From: Eledone cirrhosa
Lineage: Eukaryota
DNA length: 64,000 nucleotides
Assembly: GCA_964016885.1 (NCBI GenBank)
Contig: OZ024752.1
Coordinates: 45,508,001-45,572,000 of the forward strand
Direction: 5' to 3'
The position numbers were made by a program, and so were the translations under genes. Below, piece after piece: positions 25,823-38,192 of the stretch. Numbering within the stretch: position 1 is the stretch's first letter; every line of letters starts with the position of its first letter. The notes under the pieces were generated by a model. The model searched no databases, was not told where the DNA came from, and was given only the letters and a program-made list of their open reading frames with translations.

Positions 25823-26495
25823 ATGGAGATGGTAAAAACCAGTTAGACCATTACTCACCAGAGTACTCGATACTTGGGGTAGTAAAGTGGGTAATATGAG
25901 AAATTCAGGACCCTGTCGGTTGAGCCCTGGCCGTTTCAACAGCTAGATCCAAACTGTTCGGATCTAGCTGCTGAAACGGCCAGGGCTCAGCTGACGGGGT
26001 CCTGAATTTTTCATGTATATGTGTATATATATCATCATTATCACTATTTAATGTCTATATTTCCATGCTTGCATGGGTTGGATGGGTCGGCCACATCATG
26101 AGACAAGTCTGGCCACGCCATACCTTACTCTGTATTTTGGCTGGGGTTTTACAGCTGGATGCCCTTCCTTACACCAACCATGTTTGCAGTATCATCATCA
26201 TCGATTAACGTCTGTCTTCCACGCTAGCATGGGTTAGACAGGTTTTATTTTAAGGCAAGTTGAGGCTGGTAACCGTGTCTCACTCAAATAGGGGTGTTTC
26301 TGGCTGGATGCCCTTCCTAATGCCAACCACATTTACAGAGTGGGCTGGGTGCTTTTTGCCATGTCTTTTACACATCCACACACACACACACACACACATA
26401 TATATTTATATTTATATTATTTATTTTTCAGTAAAGCAGCATCTCCTCCGAATGTGAAGAAAATGAAAAATGAAGATGAGAATGATAAGCTGTAA
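3161..26495 (+). CDS. HCFC1: Host cell factor 1-like, full spliced CDS (20 coding exons, 4374 nt, ~1457 aa)
   Basis: Exons join in frame through GT-AG introns: 3161-3320, 8625-8846, 9533-9620, 10096-10304, 10978-11169, 11746-11891, 12791-13058, 13962-14077, 14483-14663, 16779-16963, 17395-17541, 18382-18640, 19380-19511, 19883-20962, 21527-21732, 22557-22706, 24288-24476, 24897-25200, 25367-25442, 26432-26495. Hallmark motifs: [72 protein letters not shown]. Confidence 0.95.
5098..5950. repeat. 61-bp tandem array (~14 copies, A/B dimer structure) derived from a SINE/RTE tail
   Basis: Unit contains ggctggatgcccttcctaa..ccaaccactttacag. Confidence 0.92.
6005..6390. mobile_element. Foldback element with long imperfect inverted arms
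   Basis: tatatagtattaaaaagat...gatagcttgagctcttca mirrored by tgaagagctcaagctatc...atctttttaatactatata. Confidence 0.7.
6518..6706 (-). mobile_element. tRNA-derived Nin-domain SINE (most abundant family here)
   Basis: Head gggcggtggattggcagtatcggtagag, B box gagttcaaatcc, gcctttcatccttacggggtc(g/a)ataaa core. Other copies near 7188-7372, 12360-12537, 18696-18853, 29823-29940, 32384-32570, 37785-37892, 39174-39455, 40978-41167, 45369-45680, 55597-55745, 60640-60945 and 62730-62925. Confidence 0.8.
8625..8846 (+). CDS. HCFC1: HCF exon 2 ([22 protein letters not shown]...CPRL)
   Basis: polypyrimidine tract + CAG acceptor, phase 1 matches exon 1. Confidence 0.95.
9533..9620 (+). CDS. HCFC1: HCF exon 3 ([30 protein letters not shown])
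   Basis: Kelch motif, AG/GT boundaries in frame. Confidence 0.95.
9650..9890. repeat. ~65-bp tandem repeat (3-4 copies)
   Basis: gttgtagtgccattagttccaacagcaagtgtaccagttatttgaacttaacattgtacagt. Confidence 0.85.
10096..10304 (+). CDS. HCFC1: HCF exon 4 ([10 protein letters not shown]...[16 protein letters not shown])
   Basis: Kelch motif, AG/GT boundaries in frame. Confidence 0.95.
10978..11169 (+). CDS. HCFC1: HCF exon 5 ([10 protein letters not shown]...[16 protein letters not shown])
   Basis: Kelch motif, AG/GT boundaries in frame. Confidence 0.95.
11746..11891 (+). CDS. HCFC1: HCF exon 6 (PRARAGHC...[13 protein letters not shown])
   Basis: Kelch motif, AG/GT boundaries in frame. Confidence 0.95.
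12791..13058 (+). CDS. HCFC1: HCF exon 7 ([14 protein letters not shown]...[19 protein letters not shown]1N self-association segment)
   Basis: Matches the conserved post-Kelch SAS1N region, AG/GT boundaries in frame. Confidence 0.93.
13540..13866 (-). mobile_element. Tc1/mariner-type transposase N-terminal HTH remnant
   Basis: [12 protein letters not shown]...[11 protein letters not shown]...PSK.NI..W plus TIR-like end ...agacacgctgTA. Confidence 0.6.
13962..14077 (+). CDS. HCFC1: HCF exon 8 ([10 protein letters not shown]...GQKGIT), absent from ORF track
   Basis: TAG acceptor, ACA|GTAAGT donor, phase 1 to 0 bridges exons 7 and 9. Confidence 0.85.
14483..14663 (+). CDS. HCFC1: HCF exon 9 ([18 protein letters not shown])
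   Basis: Conserved [16 protein letters not shown] motif of the HCF-1 basic region. Confidence 0.93.
15241..16743 (+). mobile_element. piggyBac-like (TTAA-flanked) MITE expanded by an internal 62-bp tandem array
   Basis: Begins ttaactcttt, ends aaagggttaa. Same family at 9217-9432, 13358-13540, 19610-19820, 29370-29475 and 62199-62726. Confidence 0.65.
16779..16963 (+). CDS. HCFC1: HCF exon 10 (QIITVHKTG...[11 protein letters not shown])
   Basis: Basic-region motifs, phases consistent. Confidence 0.9.
17207..17242 (+). ncRNA. Minimal hammerhead motif in HCF intron 10 (sense)
   Basis: UCUC-CUGAUGA-aGGA(CUAGAA)UCC-GAAA-CGUU-AAGA; one helix I mismatch. Confidence 0.5.
17395..17541 (+). CDS. 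HCFC1: HCF exon 11 ([12 protein letters not shown]...[11 protein letters not shown])
   Basis: Matches HCF-1 [16 protein letters not shown] motifs. Confidence 0.92.
17671..17887. mobile_element. Mariner-derived MITE
   Basis: TIRs ggtgctgaaaggttcctagct / agccaggaactttttagcacc, flanked by TA. Confidence 0.7.
18382..18640 (+). CDS. HCFC1: HCF exon 12 (TIIKTIP...[10 protein letters not shown])
   Basis: Matches HCF-1 TIIKTIP motif, AG/GT boundaries in frame. Confidence 0.92.
19380..19511 (+). CDS. HCFC1: HCF exon 13 ([12 protein letters not shown]...TILTTS), absent from ORF track
   Basis: TTTTCAG acceptor, CAG|GTAACC donor, phase 1-1, open frame. Confidence 0.82.
19883..20962 (+). CDS. HCFC1: HCF exon 14, 1080-nt S/T-rich then acidic region
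   Basis: Long open frame (ORF 19807..21033), phase 1-1 splice sites. Confidence 0.9.
20999..21303. mobile_element. Foldback MITE with a nested hAT-type MITE (21061-21189)
   Basis: Outer ~60-bp inverted arms; inner TIRs CAGGCATGTCAAAC/GTTTGACATGCCTG. Confidence 0.7.
21527..21732 (+). CDS. HCFC1: HCF exon 15 ([11 protein letters not shown]...DSKQ)
   Basis: DPLATLA motif. Donor CAA|GTTAGA chosen; an alternative in-frame donor exists at 21741/21742. Confidence 0.85.
22557..22706 (+). CDS. HCFC1: HCF exon 16 ([16 protein letters not shown]), FN3-1 start
   Basis: Conserved QW(F/Y)DVG motif, GAT|GTAAGT donor. Confidence 0.93.
22860..23260 (-). mobile_element. RTE-clade LINE fragment (source of the adjacent 56-bp array)
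   Basis: [11 protein letters not shown]...[14 protein letters not shown]; a related fragment lies at ~30340-30450. Confidence 0.75.
23195..24240. repeat. 56-bp tandem array (~18 copies) amplified from LINE coding sequence
   Basis: Unit ccacatgtcctctgcagtcacagcccatgtctcaccaccatgtagcatcactgcct. Confidence 0.92.
24288..24476 (+). CDS. HCFC1: HCF exon 17 ([25 protein letters not shown]...AIKISK)
   Basis: Highly conserved FN3 sequence. Confidence 0.95.
24897..25200 (+). CDS. HCFC1: HCF exon 18 (GAHLSWEPP...[12 protein letters not shown]), FN3-2
   Basis: Highly conserved FN3 sequence. Confidence 0.95.
25367..25442 (+). CDS. HCFC1: HCF exon 19 (DAGQSP...IKRPLTAGD)
   Basis: CCAG acceptor, AT|GTAAGT donor, KRP half of a bipartite NLS. 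Confidence 0.85.
26432..26495 (+). CDS. HCFC1: HCF exon 20 ([21 protein letters not shown])
   Basis: TTTTTCAG acceptor, phase 2, KKMK half of NLS, TAA at 26493-26495. Confidence 0.82.
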
Positions 26496-27831
26496 ATTCA
26501 GTGAATCACTAATTGGTAGAATATACTGATCACAGGAAATCTGGTCCTGAAAACAAAAGAAAGAAGGAATAAAAAAGGGTCTTCCCAGAATATTGGAAAA
26601 AATATTGGCTGCTACTTGACCCCTTTCGTCCGTAGCTTGAACCTTATTTCATTCAAATAAAGCAACAGAAAAGAAAAGAAGATCAGTTCATCTTCCAGCA
26701 GATCCCCCCCTCTTCCTCCCCTTCTTCCTCTTCTGCAGTCTCTGCCTCATCTATATCACTACTCAGTACCATCATCATCATCACCATCATCGTTGTCATC
26801 ACCATCAACAACCTTCCCATAACTTGTCATCTATGTTTCATTATCTTTTAAAAAAAAAAAAAAAATAACCATTGGAAAAGAAACATTTAAAAAAAAAACA
26901 AAAACAAAACAAAGGAAAACAAAAAAGAAAAAGAAAGAAAGAAAAGGGGGGGCGGGGGGTGTCGGGTTTTATGGTGAATGAAAACGGCCGACAGTTGCTA
27001 GGGCAACTGTCGGCTTTAAAAGAATCTCGCCTCAGATCAACGACTTTGACAAGCATCATTAACACATTAGGGTCTTCTCTCTTTCTGTATGTGTGTGTAT
27101 ATATATATATACATACATACACACATACACACACATATGTATGTATATATATATATACACATACACACACACACATGTATATATATATATATATATATAC
27201 ATACACACACACACACACACGTGTGTGTATACATACATACACACATGTATGTATATATATTATACATACACATATGTATGTATGTATAGGTATATCTATA
27301 TACACACATTTGTCATCATCATCTTCATCATATATATATATGTATATACATATGTGTATATATATGTCTATATATATGTGTGTGTATGTGTATATATATA
27401 TATGTATGTGTGTATCGTGTTGTATATTACATCTCTTTTAAAACATTCAATTCAATTCACTTTTTTTTTTTTGTAAGTACCTACTTGTAATATAATATAG
27501 GATTATGTGTGTATATATAGAAAAAACAATGTTTTACTCAAAGGTTAACACAATAGAAATTGGACATTAATTGTTAGAAATATAATGATAACAAAGATGC
27601 TGGGTTATTATTGCAGTTGCATTATGGTCCTTATGTTTCAGGGTAAAATCCCTTCATCAGGAATCTAATTAAGGTAACGAATTCAGAGCAGAATATCTAG
27701 TATTGCTCTTAAGCTGCTATTTTTTGAAATTAAAAAAAAATTTATCATTATATTTTTAACAATTTATGTGCATTGTGTTAGCCTCCTCGTGAAACACTAT
27801 TTTCTACACTTTACACAGACTACAACAACCT

Positions 27832-27869
<38 letters not shown>

Positions 27870-29682
27870 ATGAATGTGTGTGTATGTATATATATATATG
27901 AATATGTGTGTATATATACATGTATGTGTCTACATATATATGTATACATACATGTATGTGTGTGTATGTTTATATATATATGTATGTGTGTACATATATA
28001 TGTATACATGTATGTGTATGTATATATATATGTGTATATACATGTGTGTATGTATATATATATGTATATATACATGTATGTATGTGTGTACATATATATG
28101 TATATATATACATGTATGTATGTGTGTACATATATATGTATATATGTACATGTATGTATGTGTGTACATATATATGTATATATGTGTGTACATATATGTA
28201 TATATATACATACATATATGTGTGTACATATATATGTATATATATATACATATATATGTGTGTGTATATATATATATACACATATATATATGTATGTATA
28301 TACACACACACTCACATACACTGTTAATTTCCAACTTTAAAGAGACATCAATATTTTTATTTCAGAAGAGGTTGGGTTCCCATCCACTTCATTGTATATT
28401 TTCTGTTGGTGAGATGGATTACTGAAATGTCCACCAATTTCAACAATTGCTTCTCAAAGACTGGTCAGTTCTTTCAAACTGTGTTTTACTTTATTGAGAG
28501 TCAACAGTCTACTAGAACTCCATGTATGGAATAGAGATGATTAAAAGGACTAAACTAATCTATGGATATACTGGCCTTGCCAGGTCATAGTTCCCTGTAA
28601 ATGTATTGTTTGTCCAACATCACTTTTTTTCCTTTCCTGGTTTCAAATATATCACTCCATTGGACTGGTTAAACCATAACTGATTTACACCACCACATAA
28701 TAACACCATACAGCACCACACCACACCACACCACACCACACTACACTATACTACACTCCATCATGACACTACGTTACATTACACAACACCACACAATACT
28801 ACACTACATCACACTACATTTTTACTGTTTCTTAACAAAAGTATTTCAGTTTATCAACTGAAGTTTTACAGAGATGGAATAAAAATTGTATTTAGAAGAA
28901 CATTTTTTGTATTTCATACTTATTTACGTAGATAAATTCTTGTACCTTTTTACCAGTTCCATGTTTCAGATTGTTGGATTTAGTTGATCGTGTTGACATG
29001 TTTTATTTTATCAAACTAAGTTACAGGGGAAACACGGTCACGGATACAACACCCACGCTCACATATGGACTGCCCCAGTTTCTACCTCCTAAATTCTACT
29101 CAAGGTATTGATAAACCTGAGGCTTAGTAAAAACAGAAAATACTTGCCCAAGGTACCATGCATCAGAAGTGATCCCAGAACTATGTGGTTGAAAGACAAA
29201 CTCCTTATCCACACAGCCATACTAGTGTCTCTCATATATATATATTATATATGTGTGTGGAGCAGTCAATAGACAATGAAAGTGTCTAAATTTAAACACA
29301 ATAATACATTACATATTTCTAGCAAGAATTTACTGCTTTTGTTTTAATTATCAAAGTTGCCAAGAATTATGAGAGGTTTATCTCACATAATTTCGAATCT
29401 ATGAGATTTTGAGAACAATACCTTAACATCAGCATGGGTGGCCAATTACAGTCAGTTTAAATGCTAAAGGGTTAATGTGAAGGGAAAGAAATGGTGATAT
29501 TAAATGAGGTACATTGGTAGGAGAGGGTACAATAGATAAGAGGGGGGGGGGAGAGGTATATAGAAACTTGAAGAAATAACAAATAACGGAGCTCACTTAA
29601 AAATAAATTGTACTTTATTTTTTAACATTTAAAAAAATCTTTTCTGCTGAGTAAGAAAGCCAGAAGAATGATATAAAGGGTC

Positions 29683-29774
29683 TCAGATTGTTGGCTTTTT
29701 CTTCTTACATTGTTCCATTGCAATTGCATAACTGTAAACCTGTGAGTTGATGATGTAACCATTGGCAGCCAATT
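29683..29774 (-). CDS. NUDT5: NUDT5 last exon ([20 protein letters not shown]...PTI*)
   Basis: VYSYA motif, TGA at 29685-29683, minus-strand AATAAA at 29619-29614. Confidence 0.9.
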
Positions 29775-32700
29775 CTGGAGAAGAAGAAGATGGTATTTAT
29801 AGTTTTATGATTAATCAAGGAAGGGCAGTGGATTAGCAGTATCGGTAGAGCATTGGACATTACGGTACTCTATGATCTGAGTTCAAATCCCGCCGAGGTT
29901 AACTTTGCCTTTCATCTTTACGGGGGTCGATTTTAAATAAACCCAATGGTCAAGTGGTGGTTTTAAACCAGACAATGAATGAAGTCTACTACCAAGGGGT
30001 CAGTGGTGTTGAACAGTACAGGTGTGGATTTAACTAATACCAAATGGTGGCATTTTAAGTAATATTGAATTATAATGACCAGGTAAACAGCACATTGAAT
30101 TATAAATGACCAGGTAAACCTCACTACAGTCTAAATGACCATGACTTCATGTTCAACAGTAAAAGTACATGTAGTGAATGTTATAACAGCAGAGTTGTAT
30201 ATATCTTACCATTGAGTTGCACCAATAGTTCACACAGCGGAATTTTTAATGTCTCAATAAACTCTACAAACAGAAAGATTCACAATATAACAACAACAAC
30301 ACTTTAAAACAGTATAAATATCTTAACTTTGTTGAAAAGGAATTTCATTCACGCACATCCAACGGAACATGCTTGCTTTATTTCTCTCCAGCCGTGGCAT
30401 ATCCTCTGTAGTTGCTGCCCATGCTGCACATCTCACACAGGCATCATATAACCAGCCTTTCGTATGCAGGGAGAAACCCTTCTTTGGCATATTCATTAAT
30501 ATTTGTAAATGATTGTCAAAGCAAAAATAATAAATAAATAAACATACCACTGGGTTCTGAAATTGGTTCCGTAAGATAATTGGTAGCAGTGAAATTGTTA
30601 TGAAATGAAAACAAAATATACTAGAGTTAATACAACATAATTTCGATAATTTATTGAAATATTCACTCTGGTCATATCTCTCACACAGACTTGTTTGTGG
30701 TTGTCTATCTATTTGATGATGACAATGTTTTTCCTTCAATTGTGGGTCCTTTGATGACAGGACATCTCAAAACTTTTAATGTATAGTTTTGACCACAGAC
30801 AGGACATCACAAAATCTTAGACGTGTAGTTCTGACAACAGACAGGACATGTGAATATTTAGTTGGAGGGCAACATATCATCATCATCGTTTAATGTCAAT
30901 TTTCCTCTATGCATACCCCCTTTCTTGATTATGTACTCAATACCACTCCAACAGTGAGAATGGCCAAAGTCAACAGTTGTTACTCCTTTTCACACATATC
31001 ATCATCATCATTTAATGTTTATTTTACGGATAATTACACCTGGCACATACATTCTATACTATGGCATGGTTTCTATAGCTGGATGCCCTTCCTAATGCCA
31101 AACATTTTACAAAGTGTACTGGGTGTATTTTATCATAGCACCAACACTACAGATTATCCTGTACTCAGCCAGACTGAGGAGGCCTCTCATTTCTTTATTA
31201 TCTCTGTTCAATAATCAATCACTTCTTAATAAAAATTGTTACTGACCTAGATTAGGTTTTGGTGATTGGTTGTACGGTTCGTCTCCATCAATCTGGAATA
31301 AAAGATATGTTTGCATCATCATCAATGTAATTGCTAAAGGGTTAAATACCAGTAAAATTTTAACATCTTAAATTATACGCATAAAAATGGTATAAAGCTA
31401 GTGTCTTCAATCATTTCTCAGGGTTGTGTGACTCAACTGATATCCATATATAAGGTTATATGTTAAATAATGATTAAAATTTGAAACTAAAAATATTATC
31501 TTACTTCGACAGTAGCCAAGGTTATCAAGTTATTTCCAACTCCTGGATCGAGACATGTTGCTGGAGAAGAGAAAGAATCGGTAAAATGGTGGAGACTTTA
31601 TACATTAATAAAGTACTCAATACATTAGAAGAGAGAAGAAGCATATTTTATATAGAAATGACATATATATATATAAATACCATATTTCCCGGCGTTGAAG
31701 ACACTTCGTCCTTGAGGACACACCCTAATGTTCACAACCACAAATTTGAAAAATAATAAACAACCTTCGGCCTCCAGGACGCATGGTACATTTTTTAGAC
31801 TTATTTTAGGAAAAAAGTAGCGTCTTCAGCGCCGAGAAATATGGTGCACATATGGAGGCACATGGCTTAGTGGTTAGAGCATTGGCCTTGCAATCGAAAG
31901 GTTGTGAGTTCAATTCTCAGACCGGGTGATGTGTTGTTTCCTTGAGCAAGACACTTTATTTCACATTGCTCCAGTTTACTCAGCTGTAGAAATGAGATGA
32001 TAGGGACTGGGGTCCCTATCATTCCACTGCAAAGTGGTCGTGGAGGTGCCACGGCAAAAAAGCACCCAGCACTCACTGTAAATGAGGTTGGTGTTAGGAA
32101 GGGCATCCAGCTGTAGAAATCAAGCCAGAATCAGTTCCCGTCCCACCCTTGCAAGCAGGGAAAAAGCGGACGTAAACTGAAATGATGATGATGATGATGA
32201 TGACACATATATATATATATATATATGTGAATATAACCTATGCTAACATGAGATACCAGCAGACATCAAACAATGAATAAAATAATAATGAAAATTATTG
32301 TCTACAGTGCTCAGATGCACTACTACTCATCAAAGGTGCATATATAGAATATAGAATAATGTACAAATGTCAGATAATGATAATTGTTTCTACGTTTGGC
32401 ACAAGGCCAGCAATTATCCCAGAGCATTACTGGTGCTTTATTTTATCGACCCCGTAAGGATGAAAGGCAAAGTCAACCTCGGCGGGATTTGAACTCAGAT
32501 CATAACGGGAGGTAACTCTATGCTTCAAAGCATGGCGCCCGACCCTCTACCGATACTGCCAATCCACGGCAAGGTAATGATAATAATGAATGAAATGCTA
32601 CTGTAATCCTACCAGGTGAGATATGTTTTACAACTCCCACATAACCAGTCTCCTCTTGCAGCTCCCGACAAGCAGATTCCTCCACCGTTTCATTCACATC

Positions 32701-32913
32701 TATCAATCCTGTAATATAAAATATATAAAATCTTACATCAACTATGACTTCTGCTTATTCTCTCTTTCAACAATATATACGTGTATATATATATATATGT
32801 ATGTATATGTATATATATGTATAGATGTATATATATATATCTATATATGTATATATATATATATGTATAGATGTATATATGTATATATATATATATGTAT
32901 AGATGTATATATG

Positions 32914-32945
<32 letters not shown>

Positions 32946-35900
32946 CGTATAGATTTATATGTGTATATATATATATATGTATGTGTGTGTGTATATATAT
33001 ATATACATATATATATATGTATATATATATATGCCTCTTTCACAGACATCTTCTCCTTTGCTCACTTATTCCTGAGAGGATTGTAGGGGCAGAGTCCCCA
33101 AGCCCTCCTTCCAGAGGGTCCTGTCAGAAGCAACCATCTCTAACTGATCCGGCTGGATCTCCAAGTGAGACCAGCCAAGTAAACTGTTCTGTTATTTGAA
33201 CAACTGGCACACTGGCCATTGGAACTAATGGAGGTTTCACACACACTCACTCACACTAACACACACACGAGCACACTCACTCACACTAACACACAGAGAC
33301 TCTCTCACACACACACACTCACTCACACTAACACACACACGAGCACACTCACTCACACTAACACACACACGAGCACATTCACTCACACTAACACACAGAG
33401 ACTCTCTCACACACACACACTCACTCACACTAACACACACACGAGCACATTCACTCACACTAACACACAGAGACTCTCTCACACACACACTCACTCACAC
33501 TAACACACAGAGACTCTCTCACACACACAAACTCACTCACAGTAACACACACACAAGCACACTCACTCACACTAACACACAGAGACTCTCTCACACACAC
33601 ACTCACTCACACTAACACACAGAGACTCTCTCACACACACAAACTCACTCACACTAACACACACACGAGCACACTCACTCACACTAACACACAGAGACTC
33701 TCTCACACACACACACACACTCACACTAACACACACACGAGCACACTCACTCACACTAACACACAGAGACTCTCTCACACACACACACTCACTCACACTA
33801 ACACACACACGAGCACACTCACTCACACTAACACACAGAGACTCTCTCACACACACACACTCACTCACACTAACACACACACGAGCACACTCACTCACAC
33901 TAACACACAGAGACTCTCTCACACACACACACTCACTCACACTAACACACACACGAGCACACTCACTCACACTAACACACAGAGACTCTCTCACACACAC
34001 ACACTCACTCACACTAACACACACACGAGCACACTCACTCACACTAACACACAGAGACTCTCTCACACACACACACTCACTCACACTAACACACACACGA
34101 GCACACTCACTCACACTAACACACAGAGACTCTCTCACACACACACACTCACTCACACTAACACACACACGAGCACACTCACTCACACTAACACACAGAG
34201 ACTCTCTCACACACACACACTCACTCACACTAACACACACACGAGCACACTCACTCACACTAACACACAGAGACTCTCTCACACACACAAACTCACTCAC
34301 ACTAACACACACACGAGCACACTCACTCACACTAACACACAGAGACTCTCTCACACACACACACACACTCACACTAACACACACACGAGCACACTCACTC
34401 ACACTAACACACAGAGACTCTCTCACACACACACACTCACTCACACTAACACACACACGAGCACACTCACTCACACTAACACACAGAGACTCTCTCACAC
34501 ACACACACTCACTCACACTAACACACACACGAGCACACTCACTCACACTAACACACAGAGACTCTCTCACACACACACACTCACTCACACTAACACACAC
34601 ACGAGCACACTCACTCACACTAACACACAGAGACTCTCTCACACACACGCTCACTCGCACTAACACACACACGAGCACACTCACTCACACTAACACACAG
34701 AGACTCTCTCACACACACACACTCACTCACACTAACACACACACGAGCACACTCACTCACACTAACACACAGAGACTCTCTCACACACACACACACTCAC
34801 TCACAGTAACACACACACAAGCACACTGACTCACACTAACACACAGACTCTCTCACACACACACTCAACTGGGGAAAGTATAGATATTGATGTAGAGGAA
34901 AGAAAAACTGAAGAGTCACTGACCAGCAGGAAATTCAATGGAACAAGTTCTGAGAGGAGCCCGGTACTGTTTCACTAAGAGAATGGTATCAGATTTGAGT
35001 GTTCGCTTGAGCAGAGCAATCACACAAACAGCTGAAAAAGATAAACAGATAAAATACACAATAATTTTCATTATTATCATTATTATTATGTATATATATA
35101 TATTTATATATACATACTCATATATATATGTATATATACATAAACATATACTCATATATATATATATATAAAAACATATACTCATATATATATATATATA
35201 TAAAAACATATACTCATATATATATATATATATATAAAAACATATACTCATATATATATATATATATAAAAACATATACTCATATATATATATATATATA
35301 AAAACATATACTCATATATATATATATATATATAAAAACATATACTCATATATATATATATATATAAAAACATATACTTATATATATATATAAAAACATA
35401 TACTCATATATATATGTATATATATAAACATATACTCATATACATGTGTTATATTTGGGGAGGGTCATATTGTTATAATATTGCCAGAAATAATAATAAA
35501 ACACACTCACTGTTTGGTTTGGGTTGGTTTTCACTTCTGTATCTTCTATATCTCCATAGTTAGTTTATCTGGCAATCAATGTTTAGTATAACAATATGAC
35601 CCTCCCCCAAAATATAACAATATTTGTTTCAACCACAATTTCATATCGAAAACCTTGCAAAACAAAAACATATATATGTGTATATATATATAAACATATA
35701 CTCATATATATATGTATATATAACCCATGCCAGAGTGTAAAACCTACTGACCTCGTTGGGAAGAGTTCGCATTAACAAGTCGACTGACTGTTTCCCAAGT
35801 TCTGGTAGAAAAGAAAATATATTAGGCAATATATGTGTTGAAAACCATACAATGGGAAAATAGGAAGAAAAGGGAATAGAAAGAATGGAACCAAACATCG

Positions 35901-37486
35901 GACTGGACCAAGGACACAATATTTCAATTGGTCTTTCCATTGCTGATATTATCTGCTGGTTATAACTCCTGGCAGAAGGAAGGTGGATTTGAACTCAGAA
36001 TTCACAGAGTTGGATCAGACAACCTCCAAAAACATCCTGTCCGGCTCATTAACAATTCTGCCAATCCTCTCTCCCCTAGATTGGTACTTTGTCTATCGAA
36101 ATGGTAAGTTATGGATCATAAACACAGACTCAAATATAAACACACACACATCCATACATTGCAGTTTCTATCTACCAAATTTTATTCAGAAGGCAATGAT
36201 CAATGCAAAGTTACAGTAGAAGACATTTGCCCAGGATGCCATGCAGTGGAACTGAACATCAAACCACTTCTTTATGAATCAAACTCCTTAACCAGTTAGC
36301 TATTCCTCCATCAATGTTTGTTTTTAGTAGTTTAATAGTAGGAAGGGTCACACCCATAACCCTTTCTCAGGGCCTTCTAGACGAATGGGAGATGCTTACA
36401 ATGGGGTAAACTCTGCTAAAGGCCACAAGAAAGTAAGATTGCTATTTTTGTAACTCTTTCATATAAGACACTGCTTTTAATTTTCAAATTAACTGATCAG
36501 TAGAGATTTGTGAACTCCAGTTTAGAGTTGAATATTATACTCAACACACAAAAATATAAACAAAATGAAGAATGATAGAGAATTTTTTTTTAATTCCAAA
36601 CCTTATCTTTTCATTAGGGTCAGAATAAGTGGTTATATTGAGAGCTAACCATTTCCCCCGGCAGATTTCCTAGATGAAAAACAGAAAAACACACATTCAG
36701 GGTTATTCCATTCAATAAAAGTAAATATGGTAGGCAACTCTGTCCAGTTTTTCCTCTCTCTAGAGGTTTATATGCTAATTTGTATATACAGGGTGTCCCC
36801 CCAAAAATGTATACACACTTTTATTAGAATGCTGTTAAAGTGTGTACGCATTTCTGGGGGACACCTGTATATATATACATATCAAAATAACGAAACACTT
36901 GACCATGAGAAAACCATTGTGTGGCAGATTTCTTTAAGAAGTAGGAATTTGAGCATGCATATGCTTCCGTAACTTCGCCATGCACGACCCCTACTCCACA
37001 GCAATGTGGTCGTTTTGGTGCCACTACAAAAAGCACCGAGTCCATACTGTAAAGTGGTTGTGTAGATGTAACGACAAAACGAGCCTAGTCCACCACATAA
37101 AGTGGTTATTTACGTGTCATGACAAAAAGCACCCAGTCCAAACTGTCAAGTGGTTGTGTAGTTGCCACGACAAAAAACGCCCAGTCCACACTATAAAGTG
37201 ATTGTTTTCGTATCACGACAAAAAACACCCAGTCCACACAATAAATGTGGTTGACATTAAGAAAGTCATCCAGCCGTAAAAAACAAACCAGAAATAGTTC
37301 TGCATGAGTAAGACATGGTCAGCTGATCTGGCTTGTCTCCCAACAGGACAACTAATCTAACCCATGCTAGCATGGAAAATGGACTTTAAACGGTGATGAT
37401 GTTATATATGTTTTCCTTTTTCCTGGAAAAGGAAAAATGAAACCAGTGCTCAATCAGGAAGAGAGCAGAATGTTATATACACACAC

Positions 37487-37566
<80 letters not shown>

Positions 37567-38158
37567 AGATTTAATTTGTCTTTCATCCCTCCAAGATCGA
37601 TAAAATAAAATACCAATCAAATCTCGATTATCCCTTCTGCTAGATCTGCTGGCCGTATGCAAATATTAGAATTATTTAAACTTATATAAATTATTTTTTA
37701 GAATACAAATGAAAATATACATAGAAATATGTACAGAGTTCTAAACGAAAAAAAAAGAACATTTATAAATAATTATTTTCATAATTGTTTCTACTTTTGG
37801 CACAAGGCCAGCAATTATCCCAGTACATTACTGGTACTTTATTTTATCGACCCCGTAAGGATGAAAGGCAAAGTAAACCTCGGCGGGATTTTCATAATGA
37901 TTATGAAAAATATATTTTATGAAAAATACATTTTATCCGTTAGAAATTGAAGAACACTTAAATAAGAACCTATTAGATAACAATTCATCGCACATGGTGC
38001 TTACTTAAATTATTAAGTAAAATTTATTTATTTACTTTTAAAAAATATGTCGCTAAAATATATTTATTTATAGTTTTTTAATTCTTGCTTAATATCGATA
38101 TATATTTGTAATAATGACAAAAATATAATATGTTTGCCAAATAAATAACATCTATTTT

Positions 38159-38192
<34 letters not shown>

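Noticed and set aside
26841-28425. Numerous YI/CV/HT-rich ORFs (also 32.7-34.7k, 40.3-40.9k, 48.8-52.9k, 58-60k)
   Set aside because: Dinucleotide microsatellite artefacts
31855-31930. tRNA gene
   Set aside because: A/B boxes belong to a SINE head continuing into core and tail; no complete cloverleaf
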